Assembly (NCBI GenBank): GCA_032718475.1
Contig: JAUCBJ010000013.1
Location: 1-64,000, forward strand
DNA: 64,000 bases
Direction of reading: 5' to 3'
Source of the DNA: Nemertoderma westbladi
Lineage: Eukaryota; Animalia; Xenacoelomorpha
Positions 1-12,600 of this stretch are shown in pieces (the stretch's first letter is position 1; each line of letters opens with the position of its first letter). A model generated the notes under the pieces. It saw only the letters and a program-made list of their open reading frames with translations, was not told the DNA's origin and searched no databases. Made by a program: the position numbers and the translations under genes.

Positions 1-178
1 GGCTTTTACACTTTGAATAGAATTAATAAATACTACTTTTAAAATATATATATATAGAATTATATTCCCTAAATGCCGTGGATTTTCAAAATTTTATTTT
101 ATTCGAATTAACTTTGTAAAGATTGCTTTGAGTTCTCATTAGTATTGGTTCTATCTATTATGCATCTATCGGTCAAGT

Positions 179-262
179 GGTTCAGTAGCTCAGTTGGTAG
201 AGCGTTGGAAATTATATGTGTAGTAGGTATCGAGTTCGAATCCTAGTAAGTGCGAATTATTT
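179..262 (+). ncRNA. tRNA-derived Pol III type-2 promoter cassette inside the LTR (not a functional tRNA)
   Basis: A box TAGCTCAGTTGG (186-197) with intact D stem GCTC/GAGC, B box GTTCGAATCC and a T-run downstream. Anticodon and acceptor stems do not pair well. Confidence 0.7.
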
Positions 263-319
263 TGTGTGCAGAATTTCAACTCATTTAAATTAACCGCTAC
301 AAATTAATTGCATTTATCT

Positions 320-495
320 GTACCAATAAGGCTGTAGTTATTTGATTGTAACCAATGTAGTGCAAGTTATATATTAGCTGGACCAATAGCTATCTTTAAA
401 ACCTTGTTAGAACCCATAGAACAATCGAGAATTTTCTCGATTGATTGCGGCACAAATTTAGTATATAAAGGTGCGATTTGTTCATTAGTTATCAC
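320..495 (+). promoter_or_regulatory. Candidate Pol II promoter in LTR (three CCAAT boxes, TATA box)
   Basis: CCAAT at about 323, 352 and 383. TATATAAAG at about 463. Inr-like TTAGTT about 25 nt later. Confidence 0.45.
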
Positions 496-1969
496 TACTC
501 AATCTACCTAATACAATCATTTATTCTGTCGTGCTTAGTTTATTCTCAGATTACATTGTATTATAATTGTATCTTTGTAATAAAAGTCAGAAATACTAGT
601 CACATCTCAGCTTTTCTATCTGTTTTACTATGGTTTCACTACGGTGAACAAACTCAGGGACAGGATGGCCAGCTAAAGATCGGGCCGCAGCAATGAACGG
701 GAACATCACGGGAATGTAGACGAGAGACAACCCGCAATACCATCTAGTGTTATTCGCCCATCGCCTGAAAGGTTAGACAGCGTTCGATCCTTGCTACCTA
801 AGTATAAGACCAAAAGATCAAAGGTAGACGTAGTGACACGCTGTAAGCCCAAAATTACATCATAGGGACTGTACTGTCTTGATTCAGGGAAAACCGCAGT
901 AGACCTTCATATTCCTACGGGGGGGGAGGGAGAGAGAGCAGATACTAGTACGCAGATAGGACGTAGGCACACCGGTACAAGGCATACACATTGGTTAGGG
1001 TGCAGCAAACTGTACGCTTAACTCTTGCTAAGTACAGGTGTGTGTGCGACTATTTGCCGTACAACGGTGTCCGTTACATCAAAACTTGTAGGCTAGGGGG
1101 GTTGCTGTGTTTTCACCTGAATGGGGATTGTACCGTTCAGGCGGTAGGGCAGTTTACGCTAGGCGCAAATAAATTGAGGCTATCAGGGATATACTAACAT
1201 CTACCGTGTCCCCGCCAACGCCCTAATAGGAAGTTACCCGGACTACCTGGGTGACTAAAATTCTAGATAGGAGCCAGGATAGCTATTAGTACCCGTACGC
1301 CTACAGTAGTAAACTAACACATCTCTTCTTAGTATCAGGGACCTGGTACCTAAAATTGCCGAATTCTGGGCGTAGTATTAACCTTATGCCTGAATTTGAG
1401 TCCTGGAAATACGCAAGAGGGGAAGGAACCTTATCATTCGTGAGTATTGGACCTACAAGTTACAAAATTAGAATATTCGTAAAATGCACACTGCACCCAG
1501 TAATTATATATGTGAAGGAGCAAAACTGTTTTGACCGTTCAGAATTAACACACGCGCGTTAGAAATTATTTACACCTCGAAATATATAAAATTAACTTTC
1601 GTCCTTACTGCACTTTGCTCGCTAGTTAGACATCTCTAAATCTGCTCTGTACCTAGCTAGCGTCCCTTTGCCCAACCATATAAATCACACCGCGGCAAAG
1701 TATACGAGCCCCTTAGTCCGTCAGTGAGTCAGCCTGATTTTAGGATTCGCTGCGCGGGATTTTGTTTTATCGAAGTTTGTCTGCTCGTAGACTGTTTTCT
1801 GCCTCACCGGTTAAAAGAGATCGATACCGCAATATATTCGCTACTTGGGGTTTACTGTTTTGGTGAGAAGGTCGGATTTATGATTTGATTTACAAACTTT
1901 ACAGTAGGATATTGCAGGTATTGTTACCGTCTCTTCCGATAGTAGGAATAGGCGTATCTCTCCAATTTA

Positions 1970-1980
1970 GTAGGAATATG
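1970..1980 (+). promoter_or_regulatory. Non-tRNA primer-binding site (self-complementary to LTR 908-918)
   Basis: GTAGGAATATG directly abuts the LTR end and has no TGG. It is the exact reverse complement of CATATTCCTAC at 908-918. Confidence 0.75.
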
Positions 1981-3638
1981 TTTTACTGAACTACGGTTCG
2001 GTAGGACTAAAGTTATTTGAAAAATTTTGTATTTTGAGGTAAAAATTTTGTATTTGATTAGCTAAGTGCTAATTTTTTGAAATAAAATTTGATTTGAACC
2101 GCGTGTAAAATATTTTGGAATTGAATACCGGTGTTTAAAAGGGTTTAAATACCATATTGTACCGGTACAAAATTTTCGTAAAGTAAAACCTAACTCTTTT
2201 GTTTTTTCAGGATTCAGAACTCATTTCTAGACTGTAACGGGAGCAAGACCGTGTTTAGCAAGTTTGGGAGATAGATAACTCAACAACTTTGGTTGGGAAA
2301 ATCGCGTTTCGTCCGCAACGTTAAAAACGGAAAGGTTCACGTTCGGTTTGTATCTGGGAATCTGTTTTTCTGGAGAATTATTGGAGTGGGTGAGTTCGAA
2401 AAGTTGCATAAATAAGTTAGGCATTACCGTATTAGTTAAAATTATTGTGGGTTCCACTGTCTCAAGTATTTATGCATTCCGTATGATTTCTTTGTTCATT
2501 GCTGAATTAGTCCGTATTATTGTATTTAATTTACCTTTTGATAACGCATATCGTTATCCGATTTATTTGTTATAAAATTGGCCGCTAGGCTAATTTTATT
2601 ATATGTTTAATGTTTAATGTTTAATAGTTTGGGTATAAGAAAGCTAATGCTTATGGAACCCGTACACACCAAAAGAAAGTCCAACTGAAAGTAATTATAA
2701 CAGTACCGGTAAGTAATTAAGTATTGCGACCAATACCGACCATGTTTACGAAACAATGACAAAAACATATATAAAACAATTGGAACATAAAAGGACACAG
2801 TTAAATTAAAATAGTGTTCTTATAAAAATGGTTACTAATAAAATGTCTTGCTTGCTAAAGGGTTAAAGTGACGTCTGTAAAATCACGAGTATACACAGCA
2901 AATTACATAACAGTCGATAAAGTCAGATACATACACTAAAAATTACAAATATACATTAGAATTACTAAACAAATTCAATAAAATGACAGTCTATATAGTA
3001 TCACGAGTATACACAGAAAGTTACATATCAGTCGATAAAATCGGATACAAGTATATCGGTTAGGGCTAATATCGATAGTTTAAGGGTTGGAAATAAAATA
3101 TAAAATTAATTTAAAATATCAGATAATCCATAGCTATAAAAACAGTACGGTATGTAAAATAGATCAAGACATTTGAACACTTAAATTTACATGGATTAGC
3201 TAACACTACACGATGAGAAAATAAGTACACAGTTTAAGCTTTAAGGGTTAAAATAAAATATAAAATAAAATTAAAATATTCGATAAAATCGTTGTATAGA
3301 AACAGTTTGGTATGTAGAACTGATGGATTTAATTAAAATAAAATATTGCATATGAATTGGATTATTTAAGAAATAACAAATAACAGTTGCACCATTTGGG
3401 TCTATTTAAAAATACGAACGATTGGTAAGAGATTATACTGTAAGTTACATAAAAATATACATATACTTATTCCGTGACATTTATTTGCTGTAAAATTGGC
3501 CGTTTAGGCTAATTTTATCCATCTGCTATAAAATCGGCCGGTAGGCTAATTTTATATGACTGTAATTAGTACCGTTTTATACAAATACGGTAAACTCGAT
3601 ACTTTGACACTCACTTCACTTGACTTACAACTACCGAA

Positions 3639-6600
3639 ATGAGTGACAAACAAGACTATACGAAGAATACACAAACCGACTATGACTCATGTGACGCGGA
3701 TAAGTCAGCAGCGGAAGAACCACAGGGGAAGACTCGCGAGCCTACCGTACCTACACCGTGTGCGTCACCAGTACACCCAACGGGAGTACCGGATGCCGTA
3801 GTACGAGGCGACGGCAGGACCGAGGACTTTCTAACTGTTCCGCAACCTAGATACAGGGAAACGGACTTGGTAAGTTCAGCAGGAAGCACAGAAAGTGTGG
3901 TTAGAAGCGTCGGAGGTTACATGGCGCATATAACTAGGAGTATTGGAGAAGGCCAACGCATATTAGACGGGTTGACCGCTCCGATGTCTCGATTCGAGTT
4001 CTACACCCTCCAGGTTAGAGTACAGAGTAAAGTATATAAGTCCGTAGATAATCTAGTTGGCCTACAAGATCTAGCTAGACAGAGACAGGACATGGATACT
4101 CAACTTAGAATCCTCGAGAAACTAATGATCGCTAGAGAGAAACTGATTCAGTTTAAGTCGACGATTAGACAGATACAACAGGAACAAGCGGATCAGTTGT
4201 TAGGTGAGTCAGTTTCGGACGAATTATTACAGCCCGAGGAAGAACAGGAACTGTACCGACTGGATGGACAATTAAAACACCTGACGGACCACTTACGCAT
4301 GTGCGGCGAAGACGTCGGCGATTTGGAAACCGTGCCGGAATACACGAGGGAAACTTCATTCGCACAAATCGAATCGGCACCGGGAATACTAAATCAATCA
4401 TTGGTAAGTATTCGTAGCGAAATCTGCGAAGGAAGTATAGTCACGTCAGAAGTTGCTCGACAACAGCAGCAGTTCTACAGACAGCAACACGAGATAGAAG
4501 AACAAGCTCAACTTCTAATGATACAAACAGCAGTAGAGGAAGAGAAAATACGTGTTGCAAATGTAGCGAGAATCTCTCATCTGCAGGAACAAGCCGAACT
4601 CGAAGCGGCCGAAATGGAAAGGTTAGAGTTGGACATTGCCCAACAAGCGGCAGCGGCCGAGTTAGCGCAACGAACGGCAACAGCCGAGTTAGAGCGACAA
4701 ACGGCAGCGGCAGCGGCAGCGGCAGAGTTAGAGCGACAAACGGCAGCGGCCGAGTTAGCGCAACGAACGGCAACAGCCGAGTTAGAGCGACAAACGGCTG
4801 CCGCAGAGTTAGAGCGACAAACGGCTGCGGCAGAGTTAGAGCGACAAAGATTAGTTTCGGAAGCCAGAGTCGAGATGAAGACACGGCAAATAAAAGCCCA
4901 ACAAGCGATACGACAAGCAGAGTTCGAGGCGCAACAACAACAAACGGAACAACGAGAAAAGGAAGTTAAACTTCGTTTCGAACTTGAGAAAAGGGCGAGA
5001 GAATTAGCCGAAACCAAGGAAAATCTGGATCTTCTAGCCCGCGACCGATCGATGAGATCTCGTGACGGACATGATTTGGACCAGTTAGAGGTAAGACATC
5101 GCCAAATTCAGGAACGGAAGAAGGAAGGAAGCATAGGAGCACCCAGACGGGAACGACAATTAGTAAAAGACGTGTGTCAACGATTCCCACAGGTAACTCA
5201 TATGTTTGCACCGGTTACGACTAAGGAACCTGTTTCGATTGCGGGTAGTAGCGATATCTCTCCTATCCATGGTGTGACGGAACACAGGTTTGTTATTCCG
5301 GACGAGTTTATACCGCCAAGAGCAACGTCGTCGCCCATTCCGAAAGTCAAGGTAAGTAACCCACCGATTACAGATCGTAGTAGTTTATTAGTCGGACCTG
5401 CACTACTGACGACAAAACAGGTGAGTCCACCTTTGACACCTAAACCCGTTACGCACTATGCTTACCCCATGACATTTCGGCCTACAAGGCCTTTGGATTC
5501 AAACGCGGTCGTCCGACCACCATTCAATCAGTTTACGTCACAATCTACGACTTCGAGGAAGACTTGTGAGCCTACCGAACAACGGAGAACAGTGGAGACG
5601 CGACCATTCAACCAATTTACATCGCAATCTACGACTTCGAGGAAGACTTGTGAGCCTACCGAACAACGGAGAACAGTGGAGACGCGACCATTCAACCAAT
5701 TTACGTCACAATCTACGACTTCGAGGAAGACTTGTGAGCCTACCGAACAACGGAGAACAGTGGAGACGCGACCATTCAACCAATTTACATCGCAATCTAC
5801 GACTTCGAGGAAGACTTGTGAGCCTACCGAACAACGGAGAACAGTGGAGACGCGACCATTCAACCAATTTACGTCACAATCTACGACTTCGAGGAAGACT
5901 TGTGAGCCTACCGAACAACGGAGAACAGTGGAGACGCGACCATTCAACCAATTTACATCGCAATCTACGACTTCGAGGAAGACTTGTGAGCCTACCGAAC
6001 AACGGAGATCAGTGGACGATGTTCCGAAACGAGCCGTTAGAATTCGAACGACGCAACGGACGCGAGCACGTCGACCACCATATCCAGATGATAGTAGTAC
6101 TTCGAGCGAATCGGATTACCCGAAACGCGAGGTATTTAGAACAGGGGCGGCCGATGAATATAAACGCGAGCGTTCAGACAACTCCTTTGCAGACAATCCT
6201 CCACAGAATACACCAACACAGAAGGCGTTACAACCAACGGACGCAATTAGTACACAACAGTTCGCCGACATTCTGCGACCAGTTGTCAACAAGTTGGCTC
6301 AGATCGAGGAGCGTCTGGAGGAAGTTCAAACCGATAGTTCGAGGAACACCGAATTCGAACACAATAGACACCCGAAGGCACCACAAAGACCGGTACCTTC
6401 AAACCCCACATCGTATCAGGGAAAAGCGCCTAGAAGGGAGAACATCAACCAGGTTACCAACCAAGGACGCGAAACTCTGAACGTTGCCGAGGAGATAGCG
6501 AAATTCGCAGCCAGACAGGGATTGCCGGTACAACAACCACCGAAGTTTTCCGGTAGCTCAAAACACTGGCATACCTTCGTAGACTATATCGAATCCCAGA

Positions 6601-9600
6601 TCGCCGTGTGCGCCTTTACATCACGGGAGAAGTTCAATTACCTGCTCCAAACGTTGTCAGGAGAACCTAAACGTTTGGCGGAGACCTTCGTCGGTGTACC
6701 GGACGCTTTTGAACTAGCGTACGATCGTTTGACTTCGATATACGGAGGTACAGTGAGTATGGCCAGGTCAGTAATAGAGGAACTCTGTAAGGGAGGGGCT
6801 ATCACTAAACCAGTCGACTTACTAAAACTGGCTGACGAGATTAAGAACGCTATCACTACCTTAAGATCAATTGGACAACTTGATTACGGGAATACCCCTA
6901 CAGTCCTATTAAAGATAATAGGACGACTCCACCATCGACTTCGTCGGGAGTGGAGGAAGGTCGAATACCAGCGAGAGGAGCGAGGAGGATTCCTAAAATT
7001 AGAAGATGTGTACCTTTTAATATCCAGGGAGGCGGTAGTAGAAACTCGATCTAACTATACCGACCAGCACATCGTGGCAGAAGGAATCACACTGCCATCC
7101 TCCAACCGACAAAAACCCCAGACAACATCCACAAAGACGGCCACTTACGCCACACCGACGGAATCACGACAATTCTCAGACGGGAATAGAGTATCTGCGC
7201 CCATTGGAACGAAACAGACGAGACAGCAACTCAGCGCCGACTTCAACGGCTGCCAATACTGCGAACATTTAGGTAAGCGGTATATTGGTCACAAGTTACG
7301 AGGTTGTCGACAATTTCGCGAGTTGAACTCAGAAGAACGACGGCTGCAGATACGGCCACTGGACTCTTGTTGGCGGTGTACGCGACACGGACACGTCCGT
7401 AAGGATTGCCCAAATACCGACACTTGTCCATCCTGTGGACGCAACCACGACGGTCTGCTCCACACAGACAGCCACACGCCGACGAAACGCTTCGCCAGGG
7501 AACACCCGGAAGCAGCAGCGAGATGTGATGCGGCCTACCAAAAACGAGAATCGAAAACGACTCCGACTTTCGTGACCCATATAGAGGATTGCTTTTCAGA
7601 ACAATCCGGATTGTCGGACGAAGAATCAGAAGACGACGAATATTCAAATGGAGACGAACAACCGTCAATCGCGCTCCTGACCACTGACCAACTGAAGGGA
7701 TTCAGTGTAATCCCGATTAAAGTTACTGGCACAAAGGGGAGCAAAAGAATCTACGCGATTCTAGATTCAGCCTCATCTCACAGTTACGTGGATGAAAAGA
7801 TAGCTGACGTCGTAACGGATCTCAGACAAGGTAAACACGTCAGTTATACAGTAAGTAGTATGCATGGCCAGCGTGCAATACCAGTGACACGAGTTAAGTT
7901 GGACTTAGACTCTCTTCTTCCAAAATCGCAACACAGCGAGAGGGAGAGGTCTTTGTTGCCCTTTAGAGATCTAACCTTTGCGGCCACGAAGGACTTTAGT
8001 AACCTACTAGGTCCAGTGCCGGAACAATCTCTGGAGGACCGTAAGTATTTCAGACACCTTGGTGTACCCGAATGTCCTGTCAATTATAGATCGGTAGCAA
8101 TGCTGATCGGGACGGACCAATTCAACCTACATCAGGTGTGGGAAACCAGACCGTCGGCAGTTGTAGCAGGAAACGCATACGCCTGCAGAACGCCGATAGG
8201 GTGGTATACTCGAGCGCCTGTGCGCACACTAGACGTAAGTGACGAGGAAGACGATGTACAGAGTACATGTAGTTTATTAACTACAAATTCAATCCATTCC
8301 TTTTCACACGACGTGAACCATACTACGCTACAGTCGACAAAACATCACAGACGTGTAACTAGTATGATAAGTCACAAGGAGCAGCTAACCCACAAGGTGA
8401 GTTTAGAACTTGGGGAGAAGACGAATCAGCTAGAGATTCCATCGACGACAGATGATAGGCTTGCGAGTCTACCTACCCCAATAACTTCAACAGTGCCCAT
8501 CGATATCGACGATGACGCGTTGAAAATTCATCAGTTGGAACAAGCCGCCTTGGACAAAGAATTAACGGAGAAGACTATCAGGTGGTTAGAACAAGATACA
8601 GCTGAACCTGGTAGCTACGACCCTTGTATGTCGGAACAGGAGAAACAATCTCTAAAGATCATGGAGGATACTATCCGACAGACGGAGGACGGACATTACG
8701 AGGTGGGGATGTTATGGCGTAGCCAAAGTCCTAAACTTATAAATAACTACCCACTGGCTTTAAGACGTCTACACTCAATCCGACAACGTCTATTAAAGGA
8801 CGAGAAAGCCCATCTGCAGTACAACACTCAGATGAAGACATATTTGACAAAGGGATACGCTATCCGAATGACTAACCCGGAGCGAGTGACCGACCAGACA
8901 TACTACCTGCCACATCACTATGTGAGACATCCCGACAAACCAGATAAAGTACGCGTAGTCAATGACTGTGCGGCTCTGTTTGAGGGAATGTCCCTCAATA
9001 GTGAGTTGATGGATGGACCGAACATGAATAATTATCTTATGGGGGTGATTATGCGCTTCCGTCAGCGTCAAGTAGCCTTTACTTGCGACGTTGAAGCGAT
9101 GTTTCACCAAGTAAAAGCGTTAGAGCGAGACAGAGACAGTTTGCGGTTTCTCTGGTATCCGGAAGGGGACTTAAGTCTACCACCAGCGACTTACCAAATG
9201 CAAGTTCGCGTCTTCGGTGCCAGAGACAGCCCAAATTGTACGATGTACGCCTTGAAGCAAGCCGCTAGAGATCAGAAACATCTGTATGACCCAGAGATAA
9301 TTAGAATTGTAGAACGTGACTTTTACGTTGACGACGGATTACAGAGTTGCGACACAGTAGAACGTGCTACAACAGTAGCACATCAATTACGGGACTGCTT
9401 GGCGGGCGGAGGTTTTAACCTCACCAAATTCGCCTCAAACAGTGCCGAATTAGTTGACTCATTCGGAACTACTGAGCGTGGAGGTGGTGACATAGACCTA
9501 GAGTTCGAACCACTACCGACGACTAAGGTGTTGGGACTCTTTTGGGACCCAAACACAGACAACTTTCGAGTGAAGGTGAGACTGGACAGTCAAGGAAACA

Positions 9601-12600
9601 CACTGACCAAGAGATCATGCTTGTCAAAGTTGAGCCGATTGTTCGATCCGTTAGGATTCATCAGTCCAGTAATACTGCAAGCCCGCATTTATATGCGCAG
9701 TATATGGAAGGATGGACTAACGTGGGACGAGCCGATCTCATCAGACCAAGTGGACTTATGGAAGACCTGGGAGGCGGAATTGTCTTCGCTAGAGGATTAT
9801 TTCATACCCAGGGTTTACTTTCCATTACAGAGTACATTTCCTGACAACTTGGAACTACACTGTTTTTCTGACGCCAGTGACAACGGTTTTGGTGTGGCAG
9901 CGTATTTGCGCAGACAAGTAGAATCAGACGAGTTCGATGTTTCGCTCATTACTTCTAAGGCTAAGACCATGCCTACTAAGTATATGACGACACCACGAGC
10001 CGAGCTACAAGCCGCAACCCTGTCAACCACCATCGTGAACCTCATACAGACAGAACTACAGTCGAGTTTACAGATATTTTATTGGACTGACGCGACGTTG
10101 GTTTTATTTTACATAAACAACGACACACTCGAATTCAAGACATTCGTAGCTAACCGTCGCGCGGAAATTCTAGACCGTTCGATAAAAGAGGATTGGCGAC
10201 ATTGTCCCGGACCACAAAACCCAGCTGATATTGCGTCGCGAGGAATGATGCCTGAGGAATTCTGTAAACCGGAGAACAAAGAGTTTTGGCAACACGGACC
10301 CCAGTTCTTGCAGAAATCGACACAAGATTGGCCTCCGTTATACGACAACAAGTCCAACACCATTCCTAAGGACGCCGAAATCAAGAAACCAAAAAAGGGG
10401 AAGACAAAGAAAAAGACAACGGCGACAAAACTCAAGAAAAAACCGAAGGCGAAATGGAAGGATATAACTTCAAAGGTCAAGAGAGGAAGACTTGCGAGCC
10501 TTTCTACACCAGACATATCGCCAGACGGTCAACCAGACACGTTACTAGACAGCCAACCAGACATTTTGCCAGACATATCACAAAATGTTCCACCAGACGT
10601 TAGTAACGCACTGACAAACAGTAAAGCCGCAGTTTCCCTATTGGAGCGGCCTTCTATTGACAAACAACCAGATACGTTACCAGACGTATCGCCAGACACA
10701 CTACTAGACAGTCGACTAGACACTAGTAATGTATTGACTAACAATAAAGCCGCAGTTTCCCTATTGGAGCGGCCTTGTATTGACAAACTACCAATTTTGA
10801 CACACTTGAGCAACCATAAGCACGGTGAAACCTCATGTATTACAGATGTGGGTAGTACCTACGCTAATGTAAATACAGGTGTTACTTTGCGCTCAAGAGA
10901 CATACCGAACCTGCAACCTACGTTGAGACCTGGGATTAATGTCGGCAGGAAAATAAGTTTACCGAAACCTGCTGACCCCATAGAGTTCAAACCACCATTA
11001 ACGATCGACTTACAAAGTACCGACGATCAAGGTAAGAAGACAAAGAAGGACAAATTACTTGTAGACCCCGACGGATCAACAGTCAACAAGGGAATACTTA
11101 CCGGCGGACCCGTGGGCCCTTCTAGTAATTCAAAACCTTCCAAAATTTCCATTGACTTACCTGATGACGTCACAAATACTCACGTCGACCGGATTGTAAA
11201 CCTAACAGATTCTTGGTCAAGCGCTTGCCGAAAACTAGCGTGGATTGTACGTTTTGTACAATACGTTAAAGGCAAACGTGACTTTACACGTCGACTTACA
11301 TTGACTGAGATTGACAGATGTGAAATTAAATTAATTCACCATTACCAATTGCGATATTTCGCGCGCGAATTCACATCTATAAATCAAGGTCAACCAATCA
11401 AGTCGTCACCAATACTGAGTTGGAGTCCGATTATTTATAATGGCTTAATTTGTCATAAATCTCGGCTTCAAAACATTGACTTTAACACAAACTTTAGGTA
11501 CCCAATAATAATACCGCAACATCACGAACTACAACGTGCAATGATACTGGACGCACATTTACATCTGAAACACGCTGGAAGACACCACTGTCTTTCCTAC
11601 TTACGTACTAGATTTGTATTAATTAGACCCAGTAAAGCATTAAGTTCAGTGACACGTACGTGTATTATTTGTAAAAAGGTACATTCTAGAATAGGTACCC
11701 AAGAAATGAGTGAACTACCACAAGCACGACTTCAAGCATTCAGACCACCTTTTACAGAGACTGGAATTGATTGCTTTGGTCCCATACATACGAAACGTGG
11801 ACGTATACTAGTAAAACGCTGGGGACTGATTTTCACATGTATGTCCAGTAGGGCAGTTCACATTGAACGTGTGATGGATCTTTCCACCAACGCGTTTATA
11901 CTAGCACTGCGGCGATTTATCGCTAGACGCGGACTAGTAAAATGCTTGTACTCAGACCAAGGGACAAACTTTGTTGGTGCTCGGAATGAGATTGCTAGAG
12001 CCTTTAAGAAATTAGATCACGATCAAATCTCGAACGAACTGCAACCTCACAAGATTGTTTGGAAGTTCAATCCTCCAGATAGTCCTTGGAGAGGCGGAGT
12101 CTGGGAGAGATTGATTAGATCTATAAAGACAGCCATGGCAAAGGTCATTCCAGTAAACCACATATTAACAGACGACCAACTGACAACATTGTTTGTTGAA
12201 ATCGAGGCAATACTAAATACTAGACCAATAGTATTAGTACCCGATGACAAACAATCTCAGTTTGCTTTAACACCGGCACACCTGCTTATGCAGGCACCGA
12301 CGACATTAACGCCGATTTCTATTCCAATAGAAAGCGACAGTTACGGTAGAAAAGCGTGGAAAATCACGCAACTACTAGCTAACAAATTCTGGGAAATATG
12401 GCAAAACCATTATTTGCCCTCTATTTCTGCCAGAACAAACTGGTACAATAACACCCGCGCATTAAAGCCGGGAGATCACGTGCTGTTGGCAGAAGTGAAT
12501 CTAAAAAGACGCTTCTGGATAACAGGTGTCATTTTAGCCACACATCCATCTATGGATGGAGTGACAAGAACTGTGACGGTACGAACAATTGACGGTCGTA

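Larger units (their letters stand above)
53..1969 (+). repeat. 5' LTR (1917 bp, TA...TA termini)
   Basis: Matches 15947-16088 plus 19979-21755 with only a handful of differences. Identity starts at TATAGAATTATATTCCC and ends at TCTCCAATTTA. Confidence 0.95.

Noticed and set aside
179-255. Functional tRNA gene
   Set aside because: Anticodon, T and acceptor stems do not pair; only the promoter boxes and D arm remain.
177-1994. Pairing of the tRNA-like 5' end (177-188) with 1983-1994 as an alternative primer
   Set aside because: Needs two G-U pairs and lies 13 nt away from the LTR end. The perfect 11-mer at 908-918 fits the boundary exactly.
4165-8083. Antisense and alternate-frame ORFs over gag-pol (also over 57100-62950 and 24929-25883)
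   Set aside because: Shadows of repetitive or compositionally biased coding sequence, with no recognisable motifs.
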